From contig JANKJI020000002.1 in NCBI GenBank assembly GCA_024626585.2, positions 136,987,316 to 137,004,909 of the forward strand: 17,594 nt of DNA, in the 5' to 3' direction. This stretch comes from Ginkgo biloba. Its lineage: Eukaryota; Plantae; Ginkgophyta. The stretch's first letter is position 1, and each line of letters begins with the position of its first letter. Below, in pieces: positions 1 through 11,100 of this stretch. The translations under genes were made by a program, and so were the position numbers. Under the pieces are notes generated by a model that did not search any database, had not been told where the DNA came from, and saw only the letters and a list, made by a program, of their open reading frames with translations.

Positions 1-345
1 TCAAGGCACATGTCACATGATAGGTCCTTGTTCAAAGACTTGGAGGAGTTTGATTCAGGAAAATTAGTGCATTTGGGGGATGACAACAGTCACCCCGTTA
101 TGGGGATTCGTACTATTCCTATTTTCATGCCTTTAGGTGAAATAACAAATATCATAAATGTGTTATATGTGCCAGGACTAACCACGAATCTTTTCAGTGT
201 ATCAGAAATTGCAGATCCAAATCTCAAAGTTGAGTTTAATGAAGTAAGATGCTTGGTTATGGGCTACAAGGGAAGCTTTCCCAAGGTAGTGGCCAAAGGA
301 ACAAGGGAGGATGGCCTTTACAAACTTTGTGCTAGGACTAAACAA
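1..345 (+). mobile_element. Ty1/copia retrotransposon pol fragment (protease to GAG-pre-integrase region)
   Basis: ORF 10..378 has the copia pattern SRHMS...VHLGD...NVLYVPGLTTNLFSVS...VEF...C...GTREDGLYKL. Confidence 0.88.
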
Positions 346-361
346 GAATCTTTTCAGTGTC

Positions 362-836
362 TCAAGAATATTCATTAATTTTTAACGATTGTTGCTCCCT
401 CGACCAAATATTTGAAAATGAATATTGCCTTTGAGCCAAATACAGATGCTTATGATGCATTTGAGGGGAACTCAAAACAAACATTGATAACTGCATCTGT
501 GCTAAAAAGTTAGATCGGAGCAAACCATTCAGTATATATACAGATGCTTCTAATGTTTCCTTAGGAAATATGTTGAGCTAAAAGGATGTGGGTGATCATC
601 ATCATCCAATATAATATACTAGCAAACAAATCTAGCAAAAAGAATTATAGGGTGACAGAGAAGGAAGCTCTTATTGTTATCTTTTGCTATTATTAATTTC
701 CAAAATTAGTTTCTAAAAAAGAAATTTGGTAACGTTACAGATCATCAAGCATTAAAATATAACTATACGGAGAATTGCTCGATGGATTATCTTGTTGCAA
801 GAATATGATTATGTCATTGAAACAAGACCAAGACAT
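362..836 (+). mobile_element. Decayed Ty3/gypsy RT-connection/RNase H fragment
   Basis: Across frameshifts and stops it reads IVAPSTKYLK...AFE..., KPFSIYTDASNVSLGNMLS*, HPI*YTSKQ, KNYRVTEKEAL, VTDHQALKY, RIARWIILLQEYDYVIETRP. Confidence 0.88.
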
Positions 837-1394
837 TGATGATATCATGAAGGATATCGTAACATTTTTTCTTTAGTGATTACTAAGTAAACACTCCTAA
901 CCTTAACTTGTTTATTAAGTTACAAAGAGGCTTGTAAATTCTTATTTGTATGCTATATTAGCTCATTATAAGCACCATAAAAATAAGATAGCAAGTTGAA
1001 GAAGGAGACAACAAAATAGAAAAAGGAGAAGGCAACAATGGAGATTGAAGAGCAAGGTCATTCAGGAGCAAGGAAAGTGAGGAGACCACAAAGAAGTGTA
1101 CTAANNNNNNNNNNNNNNNNNNNNNNNNNNNNNNNNNNNNNNNNNNNNNNNNNNNNNNNNNNNNNNNNNNNNNNNNNNNNNNNNNNNNNNNNNNNNNNCC
1201 AACAAAGAGGCGTTGTACTAGTATGTAGTACAATACAATCTTAAACATATCAAAATAATGATTATGCTTCATCCTATTAAATCAGACCACAAATGAATAT
1301 TTATGTGATCGCGTTTGCATCCACAAGTGTTGATTTTCACTGCATAATCAGAACATTAAATATGGTTTCACAGGAGTTGCATCTAACAGAATAA

Positions 1395-1740
1395 CAACAA
1401 TAATATAGGGTCTCAGGAGTTGGTCCTAGGAAGGCAGGGCAATTTTTCCTGATGGTAATGAAAGGGTTCAGAAGAGCAATATGATTATGCTCTGACCCTT
1501 GTGAGATCTGACTGCTATCTCTCATGGATGTTCCATATGAGATGAGATGGTTGGGTGCATGATTTAAAATATTCATCATATAAGTTAAATTAACCACAAA
1601 AACAATATAAATAGAGGGTTTCAGGATTGGGTTTTAATGGGGGGCATTCTTGGCAGTAACTGAAAGGGGTTGGAAGACCAAGGAATTATGCACTGTTTCC
1701 CATGAGATCTGATTGCTCTTTCTCATATGTGTTGCTTGTG
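1395..1740. repeat. Degenerate tandem duplication, period about 200-210 bp
   Basis: Collinear anchors: AGGGTCTCAGGA (1407)/AGGGTTTCAGGA (1615); GAAGAGCAA/GAAGACCAA; ATTATGCTCTG/ATTATGCACTG; TGAGATCTGACTGCTATCTCTCAT (1502)/TGAGATCTGATTGCTCTTTCTCAT (1703). Confidence 0.7.
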
Positions 1741-4237
1741 AAGGAAAAGCATGTAATAAAAAGGGCCATGCATCTCCAGGCTGCATACAAGATAAAGGTG
1801 AACTGGGCAATGCTGGAAATGTTGAAGGGACATTTACAGTTAATTGTAGGATATGGGAAGATTAGTTTTAGCCTTTATTTCAAAAGAGGCAGTACTTATT
1901 TAACTAGAAATTTTCTGCATTTTGTACCAGAGTTTTATCTTTTTATGATAGATCCATCTGGACTAATTTAGGGTCTATGATGTGGAGCCAACTATTAGCA
2001 ATGTGGAAGCATCTTGTAAAGTAGATATACATGCATTAATTATACTTCTACACCATGAATTTGCATGCCCAATTGAGACAATACATGAGTATGGGGTACA
2101 GTTCACATAAATTACACTGTCACAAGTACATGCCATTAAATGTAGAGGATAGGCCATTCATGCCTATGCTTATGTATTTGTTTTGAGTTCACATCTAACA
2201 CTATAATTTTCTCTTCTATATATACACTTTCGCTCTCCCAAAACTCAATTAACTTGACTTCATCCAAAATGACACAACTTCGTAGGTGCCATTCATCATG
2301 CCCTAATTAATGGGTTGTTTATCAACTTTATTAAATGTGTTTGTCTCCTCATTAATGACGTCAAGTTTCCATCATTAATTACACCATTATTATCAGGTTC
2401 TGTTGCGTCAGGATTGACGTCACTCTAACAAGTGTGATGTTAGCCCTCATAAATGTGATTTTCTTCAATAGATGCGACTATCCTCTGTTATCCAGATCTG
2501 TTGTCATAATGAAGGCGCCATACTCTGTGATTAATGCACTCAAACTTGCTGCCATAAATGATCCATACAGCCTCTATCTCTGCCATGTAGGCTGGCAGCA
2601 TTATTAGTCTTCCTTAAATACTGACATCTGTAATTCACCTGTAGCTTCTAATTCTGTCATAAATGCTCTGTTGCACATTAAACGCAGTCTGTCTCCTCTC
2701 CACAGTGGTCATAACTGTTGCTGACACAATTCCAGATTCATCATACAAGTTGGCATCATCAATGGAATCTGCAGAATCTACTATATCTCGGAATCTGTGT
2801 TGGGATATTCTTTGAAATGGCCACCAATGGATGTCTGCCACGTGTCCACTGAATGACATTGCAAAGTCCCTTCAGAGGCAAAATGTTCCGAGGGCAAGTC
2901 CATACAAAGGGGGAGGTCAAGTGTGGCCACATAGAAGCAAATCCTAATCACCAAGGAGGAATGACTAGAATAGGTAATTTCCTGTTGTTTCATTAGTTAT
3001 GCCTCATTCCCAAGCATAGTTGCATTGGGATTGTGAAAATGCCAAAGTTTCTCTAGAGAAATGTATTAAACGTGATTCACAAAAAGTTATGAAACACCAG
3101 CGCAAAATGCCCGTACAACATATAGGTGAAAATCTAGAAAACAAATGTGGCTTGTACTTATAGTACTTATAATCTAGGTGATTTTTTTTATTGCAGTTTT
3201 GATTCTTGTTTGAATGATTAATAAATTATCAATTTGAATATTAGATGGATATTAAACTTTCAATGACATATAGCAATTTGAGATTTCACATTACAAAAGC
3301 AATAACTTTCAAGTACAAAGAGAGAACAGCATGTCTCTCACATGAAATGTTTCACTAAGAATGAAAAAATCGAAAACTGGAAAAATATGCTGCGCAACGG
3401 TTTTGGTGCTACTACACTCCCAATGATAGGTGTGCCAGCTCAGAATGAAAAGGCCCCAGAAGGAAGGCTAAGCCCGAGGTTGGGGTGATTTCCAGCCACC
3501 TACAGACAATAATGCAGATCCTTCAAAAGATGGCTGGGCTGATACAAACAATCCTGTTGGGGGTGGTGGCAGCTGCTCCATTGGTTGCCCCAGCCTCTTA
3601 GCCTCTTTTCGATATTTAAATTTTATGTTTGTTCATGACTTGTTGCATGATTTCCCATGAGGGGTTCTGGTGTATATTGTTTTATTTCCCTGCGGAGCCT
3701 CATACATTCTCAAATTTTCTATCCCTGTGTAGAATACGTTCTGTTTTATACTTAGAATGTGAGGAGGTGGTTAGCTTTTGCTCTTCCTCAGTACGAGGTA
3801 TGCTTGTGCCAAGGGTGTGACACCACCCACATTTGTTGTAAAGTGCTGGAAGTTTTTCTTATTTAGTGAAATCATATTTTTCAGAATTTCGTTTTTGATA
3901 TGCAAAGTTAACAAGTGGCATCTTTCAACCCTTTGGCATTTACTTGTGATAAGGGCACTATCACATATAACGAACCAGTCAAAAAAATTGTTTTGAAAAT
4001 GCTCTGAATGTTGCAGATCTGTACAAATTGTGTTATGACAATCTACTAGCATTTGCANNNNNNNNNNNNNNNNNNNNNNNNNNNNNNNNNNNNNNNNNNN
4101 NNNNNNNNNNNNNNNNNNNNNNNNNNNNNNNNNNNNNNNNNNNNNNNNNNNNNNNNNCAAAGCCACAAAGACGCAAAATGTCATGAAGGGTTACAACATT
4201 TTTTTTGGGGAAATGGCCATAAACAATTGGAAAATGG

Positions 4238-4323
4238 CTGGGAAATGTTTCCCAGTCGTATTCGTATCTGAAACGGATCAGATACGGATACGAGACCCCC
4301 GAGGCCGAATCCTGGTGACACAG
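4238..4323. mobile_element. Probable terminus of a non-autonomous DNA transposon (MITE/hAT-like) with adjacent inverted repeats
   Basis: Stem CTGGGAAA/TTTCCCAG (4238-4255). 16-bp stem TCGTATTCGTATCTGA/TCAGATACGGATACGA (4256-4293, one mismatch). Ends ...ATCCTGGTGACACAG, resembling CGTATC/GATACG-rich plant element ends as I recall them. Confidence 0.5.
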
Positions 4324-5592
4324 AAAAAATATGAATGTTCTTGGTCAAAAAAGTACAATTTTGGACTCAACATGAAAAAGCACGCCAAATAGTCAGCTTT
4401 TGTTTTTTCTAGCAAAGGGGCAAACCCATTGCAAATAGGGAAACCCAACTACAACTATAAATTTTCATGGCACCTTTCCCATCGAGTTGGAACAACAACA
4501 AAATTTGGTACAAGCACAAAATTATAACATCATATAAAGGTTGAAAAGTGTAAAAATAAGTTTCATCATATATGTCAGAAGAAAAAATGCAAACCTAAGT
4601 GTATAAGGAAGAAGATACAAGTAGAAGAAGGCTATACACATGTAGTTGAATTTGATGGGATCCGCATACTGCCAACTAAAGACCAATTACAAGAAGAGCA
4701 AGTGGAAAAAAAATAAAAGAGGCATTTAAAGAGTAGGGACTCCAAGAAAGTGAAGAACCAAAAGCTAAGAAAACCACAAGTCACTCTCTCCCATATAAGT
4801 AAGGCAAACTATTGAGGGAGGCAATCATTGACCGTGCTCTTCTCTTGCTCTCTTCTAGTTTAGTAATTTGTAAGTATCCTCTTGTTAGTAACTTCTCTTG
4901 CTAATGGTAGATATGTACAAGTGTGTAGTTGCCCATTTATGCCAAGACATTGTCGTATCTTGTTGCCATGGCAGGACAATTTTTTTCTTAAGAAAGGACA
5001 AGAGCATTCAACCTAGTTTAGATCTTGGGCAATTACTTATGGATTCTGGGTAATTATTTTGTGGATTACTTATGGAGTCTAAGCGATCTAAGGTACTCAC
5101 AAAGTAACCTTTGGTGGTTTAATCACAGTCATGTTATCACGTATGGATTAAGCGTTGCAACACATAGAGTTGTGTCATCTACAGGGAGGTGGGTTTGGAT
5201 GGGAGATGAGTCCATTAACAATCCACAATAAGGAAATAAAAGTCATTGCCCTTTCTACATCAAACCTTGCTCACATCACTGCGTATTTTGTATATTCTTT
5301 GCTATAATGAACAAACTGGAGTAGTTCTCATTTATCTCGTTGCAAAGATATTAGTTTAAAATATATATTTATCTAGATGCACATTGAATCTTTGCAAGCA
5401 ATGCATGGTATTACAAACTTTGAAAAACTATGGAATTTGGTTTTTCAAACACTTGGCTACCTACACAACCCTCAATGAAGCTTCAATTTAGATAGTTACG
5501 AGCTTCTACAATTACATGGTTGTCCCTGGTTCAAATTGCTTCCCAATGCTTTCAAATACTTGTTGAGCTTATCCTCCCTGTAACGCATCGTT

Positions 5593-5604
5593 TGATATCA
5601 AAGC
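5593..5604 (+). other. Degenerate tRNA-iMet primer-binding site
   Basis: TGATATCAAAGC versus consensus TGGTATCAGAGC (two G>A changes). Preceded by GCATCG (decayed LTR end CATCA) and located upstream of a gag remnant. Confidence 0.65.
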
Positions 5605-6906
5605 ACAAGTTCTAATAGTTGGATGACATCTAAAATTTTGCAATTATTTATATGAGTATTACTTCATATTGGTGTGGATTAAATCTATCTACAGTTCCAA
5701 GGGAAGGACATTTACCTCAATCACGAAGAGTACAACTAGAAATGTCTTCTTCCACTAAGAATCCCTATAAGATAGGTCAACCTTCAAAAGAAGCTATGGA
5801 AGAAGATCGATATTAAAAAATATATGCAGGTGATCATAGATGATCATGTAGAGCAACTTAGATCATGGTTAGACAATGGATAACAAAGCAAAAGAGTTAA
5901 GAGAGGCTTTCACAAAGCTTGCTACTATGCTTACACAAGCTCAAGGGAAAGAAACACCACAAAGTGCTCAATCAGTTGCCATTGTTCCCATAACAGACCC
6001 AGTTGCTCAATGCCAAGGAAAGTCTTTTCCATTATTTCCTCCATTTTACCTCCAAGGAAACCTCTCATGGCACAAAATCCTGTCAAGGTAGAGTCAAAGG
6101 TTGATATTTCATTCTTTGACAACAAACTAAATGTGGAAAACTTGTATGCTGGACTCCAAGCACNNNNNNNNNNNNNNNNNNNNNNTGGACGGCTTTGCTT
6201 TGGTGAGTATCTTATTACAAGTGAAATGAAATCAAGATGGATTGCCTTCTATTGCATGAACAAATTTCAAGTAAGAGTTGAGACACAACTTCTACCCTCT
6301 AGGTTATGAAGATGAAGTCTTTCTCAAGTGGCAACATCTTTACCAACAAACAAGATAGTCAACTACAAATTACTATGGGGAGTTTCAAGATTAAGTGATT
6401 CGACTTAATGTTTGGGTAGCAAGGGGCAAGCTACTCGTAAAGTTTATTGGAAACCTTCAACCTTATATTTCACAATAATTCGAGTTATTTCCTCTTCATG
6501 GTTTGTAAGAGGCCTTTAGGCTCACTACAAGGTAGAAACAATAGAGTGAAAATCACTTGTTCATCCTTCTAAAGGAAAGAATCCATATCAATCTTTGTCA
6601 AAGCAAGAGCAGTCTTTATCACAGGAAGGCAATACACCTCTAAGATCCCCAAAGAAAGCCAAGAAAAAGAAACATTGTCACTGTCAAAGGTTAAACAAGC
6701 ATTTAGATGTTGAATGGCTTGCTCAACATCCAGAACTAGCTCACAAATCATTGCAAGCACATGTCCAACCAACTGAGCCAATTACATCCTCTACAACTAA
6801 TGTATTGGATTATGCTTTAATGTTACTTGCACATCAATTTACCAAGGATGGAAAATTGTTTATGCTAGGGATGCAAAACAAGAAACATTGTGGCACTGAC
6901 AATCAT
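5593..6906 (+). mobile_element. Decayed Ty3/gypsy gag (to start of protease) remnant
   Basis: Broken frames read VKVESKVDISFFDNKLNVENL, ELRHNFYPLGYEDEVFLKWQHL and KFIGNLQPYI, plus a decayed zinc-knuckle-like KHCHCQRLNKH...W...HPEL. PBS lies upstream. The LTR probably lies in ~4550-5590, with its 5' end unresolved. Confidence 0.75.
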
Positions 6907-7909
6907 NNNNNNNNNNNNNNNNNNNNNNNNNNNNNNNNNNNNNNNNNNNNNNNNNNNNNNNNNNNNNNNNNNNNNNNNNNNNNNNNNNNNNNNNNNNNNN
7001 NNNNNNGTAAGGTGGAGATTTGGAGCATCCAAAGAGAATCAAGAGAGGAGGCAATGGTCAATAGAAATTTTGACTGAGAGAAACTACGAGGATCACTGAC
7101 AATACCAACCACATCGATGCCTGGATGAGTCATATGCCAAGTTTCTTTGAAAAGAAGAGGATTAGCCATGTGTATATGGCACTGCCAGTATATAGCTCAT
7201 GCCTCAGACCCTATCCAGATACAAAATTGTGAAGAAATGGAGGAAGTAAAGTGTGGGATACTCTGGTATATATTCGAGATAAATGAAAGATGTCAAGTTG
7301 TTCTAAAGTAAAATATTCAAAAGAAGAGGTTGGAATGAATTCCAAAGGAGTTGGAAAAGGTAAATCATATCGATAACTTTCATTTGTACTTGTTTGAGTC
7401 ACCAGGAACGTCTTTGAAGATACAGTTTGAGTTTGATCATAGAAGTGTTGACCACACTCATAAATAATAAAATGACTTTCCAATTGAAGCTGCTAGACAA
7501 GCACAGGTAATTATGTTTCAGCATGCTAAGGGAGTTAATAATATGAAACTAAAACCCCTAATTTTTGGCATCTTTACCTGGCTTTGGGACATAAACCACA
7601 ACCATCTACTCTGATTTTCAGTGGGGATTTTGAGGCTTTTGAAACATTCAGAATCAAGGCCAGCATTCCCAAGCGATAACTTTGTGCAAGTATGCCTGAT
7701 TATCACTACTAAAATATACCATGACCAGCTTTTAATTGTTGCATAAGCAGTTCTGTGAGTGTGGGGGAAGCTAAGATGTATTTTGTGGCATGGAATCTAA
7801 TAATATAGTTACATGAGTGTTGAAAGTATAAAATAGATAAGGAACATGAGATAAAATTGCATGCCCAAGATGTTTATGTGCAAGAATGTCAAATTACTTC
7901 CTAAAATAC

Positions 7910-8104
7910 CTGATCTCTGAGCTGGTCCAGAAGAGTTCCTCCAATCAGGCCTGGTCCAATAATGCCCACAGCCAGTGTTGTCTTTGAGAGATAGAACCTG
8001 GAGTGTACAGCCCTCAAGGCCTTGATCGAGTCTTCTCGTTTCACAACAACTGTTATATTGTACTCAGAGCAACCCTGAGCAATAGCCCGAATATTTATAT
8101 TGGC
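7910..8104 (-). CDS. AK-HSDH: AK-HSDH exon (end of ACT2, start of HSDH): ANINIRAIAQGCSEYNITVVV...LAVGIIGPGLIGGTLLDQLRDQ
   Basis: 195 nt. AG at 8106-8105, GT at 7909-7908. Contains the GxGxxG nucleotide-binding motif. Confidence 0.97.
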
Positions 8105-11100
8105 CTGTAACGATACCGAATCCAATAGTTGTCAATTAGAAATGTTAATGTGATAAATAATTGACATTATACCCTGTACAATGATAAGAACAAAAACGAC
8201 GAGTAAATCTAGGTAAAACTATATTCTCTCTTAGAATTAGAACATAATTTTATGCCTTTCTATATTTTTGTGAAGGTTTGTAAGTAGAACTATTTTGAAC
8301 CAATTTCACAGTATTGTGATTCACTTTTGGGTCCCCTGGTCAAGAAGGACACGCAAAACAAACTGGTACAACTCCTGATTTCCTTCCGTGGAATATGTAA
8401 TAGGATATACCTTTGCCAGTGCATTGAAAAGGGTAGCACTAACGCCAGGAGTGCTTGCCATGCGTTGCCCAACAGCTGCCAATATGCTGCAATCAGAAAT
8501 AACATCTACCTGCAGGCAATATAGTGAAATATCACCTCCTTTTACCTTTGTATAAAAGAAGTATATATAAGATAACTTAGTAATTTGACTTGGGAAGTAT
8601 TATATGGTTCTAAAATTATGTGTGCATGTGTGTGTGTGTGTGTGTGTATGTGTGTGTGTGTGAGAGAGAGAGAGATTGTAGTTCCCCTAAATATTCCCAC
8701 TACCAAAATATGTCTCTAAATGATATAAAGTGTAGATTAATGGTAGAATACATGAAATATATACCTAATGTATCCAATATCCACATCACAAGTCCACAAT
8801 GTAGTAATATATAGTTCTAGAATCATAATGGGACTTACTTAAGCCTAACAAACCTCAAAGGGACTCACCTGAGTCCAAGATATAANNNNNNNNNNNNNNN
8901 NNNNNNNNNNNNNNNNNNNNNNNNNNNNNNNNNNNNNNNNNNNNNNNNNNNNNNNNNNNNNNNNNNNNNNNNNNNNNNNNNNNNNGAACCAACAGAAGAT
9001 GGCATGCCGATGTTATATCTATGCTCAGATAGTGGTCTATTGCACTAGTAGCCAAGGGAATATGAAAGTTTCTGCCAAGGTGTTTCTAGGTGGATATTGA
9101 TTAATAGGAGAAAAAAGATGACTCAACCACCACTGTAAATAGTGTATAGAATGGAACAGAGAGCAACAAACAAGAGCAAGAGGAGATAGATTGTGGCAAA
9201 TTGAACACACATCCACCACATTTTTCAAAAGTAGAATTTGAAGAAAGGGATGGAGGCTAGGCCCATACTTCTCTAACAAGGAAGATATTCAATATGAAGG
9301 CCTAACAACCATGGAAGCCAACCTAGGCACAGAGGAGAATCCTCACAAGATCATAATCGGGAGCTCGTATGACCCAACTCTTAGTGCCCCAGTTGTCAAT
9401 ATTTTTAAAGAGTATAAGAATGTCTTTGCCTGCACTTATCATGATTTGAAGGAAGTCCCTCTAGAGTTGTGCAGACATTGGATTGAGCTTTTGCAAGACG
9501 CCAAAGCGGTTAAACGACGATCATACCACATGAACCCAACATATGCAGCACAGGTAGAACAAGAGATAATGAAGATGCTAGACTCAAGAATAATTTTCAA
9601 GGTAAACACCAACAATTGGGTGTCTCCTATTGTGATTTCCAGGAAAAAGAACGATAAGTTGTGTATTTGTGTGCACTTTTAGAAATTGAATGTTGTCACA
9701 AAGAAAGATCCTTTCCCAATAGCATTCATGGGTAGTATTCTAGAGGAAGTTGCAGGGCATGATATCTACTTTCTTAGATGGGTTTTTTGGATATAATAAG
9801 ATAAATATTGCAGACGAAGACAAATTGAAAACCACATTTCTTTCAGAGTATAGCATTTATGCGTACAATAAAATGCCATTCGCATTGTGCAATGCCCCAA
9901 TAACATTCCAAAGAATGATTTTGCACCTATTCAACAAGATATCGATGAGGAAAGTAAAGGTATTCTTGGACAACTAGTCACTTATGGTTCGGTGCCAATA
10001 CATTTACAAATTGTAAGATCATGTATGCAAATCTATCGAAGAGCAAGACTCGTACTGAACCTAGGAAAATATAGGTTCTAGTATAAAGTGGAAAATTGCT
10101 TGGACATATTGTCGTGCAAGAGTACTCCCAAGTTGGACTGCTAGGACTAGGATTTGGCGACAAGCATTGCAACACTCCCATTGTTGGCCACGATAATCCC
10201 TAGAGGGCTTAACTGTAGTTGCCAACACAAACCTACGATGCCATAAAGGCTCATCGTTAGCCCCATACAACCTCTCCATTTGAGTCCACCCCTTGTAGCT
10301 AGGAAGAGTGCCAAGGCTTTGGGCTCCAAGGCCTCCTTTTAGGCACTAGGGTCATCTCTCTCTAAGTACTGNNNNNNNNNNNNNCAATTATAAATTGGAC
10401 CATACTAACATAAGAAAACAAGCACAAAGTACCGATCAGTTGGGATATTTAGCGCCCACTCTGTTTGTTAGCACAACACTGAAGTCTCCCCCAGAGTCTA
10501 GGGTTGCTAGCCCCACTCCAATTGCCTGGCCCTAGGTCAAAACAAGTGCTCATACACAAGGGCTTTGTTGGTACCAACTGTAGTTGGTTTTAAACAAACA
10601 ATGTCCTTACAGTGGTTACCACACACCTGCAATCTGCCATAAACAGGATTCTAGGGTATTTACTCACAAGACCTACACAATCTAAGACCCTCACAACCCT
10701 ACTCATCATAATGGAAACAATCATATTCATATTGCAAGCAAATACCCTACGACTTAGGGCACAATGTTGTGAAAGGTCTAAATTTAACAATTTAAGGTAC
10801 GCATACCTCTAAGGCATCATGCTAATGCATGAACACAAATTTAGACCATATGAAAGTACAAACAACACTACAACATAAATTAATAGAAACAAATAAAAGA
10901 GGACATACCTTTCTAGGGTACTTACCCTAATGTTTTAATATCTCCAAAGGTCGTAGGAGCCTTCTTTAGCAAAAATGTCACNNNNNNNNNNNNNNNNNNN
11001 NNNNNNNNNNNNNNNNNNNNNNNNNNNNNNNNNNNNNNNNNNNNNNNNNNNNNNNNNNNNNNNNNNNNNNNNNNNNNNNNNGCTCCAGTTGTCTAGCCCT

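Noticed and set aside
837-1104. TGATG at 837 as the 5' end of an LTR interrupting the RNase H remnant
   Set aside because: Plausible, but the segment runs into a gap and no matching end or TSD is visible.
2600-2640. Possible next AK-HSDH exon (minus strand cag|ATG TCA GTA TTT AAG GAA GAC, like AAVLKEE)
   Set aside because: Followed immediately by TAA, with no IDLRV or TPNKK motifs. No HSDH exon was found in 1-7909.
3000-4057. Possible large inverted-repeat element (CCACATTTGTT and TTAGTGAAA matches on opposite strands)
   Set aside because: Only short AT-rich matches that are not convincingly collinear.
8620-8814. Cys/Val-rich small ORF
   Set aside because: It is a translation of the (TG)n(AG)n microsatellite.
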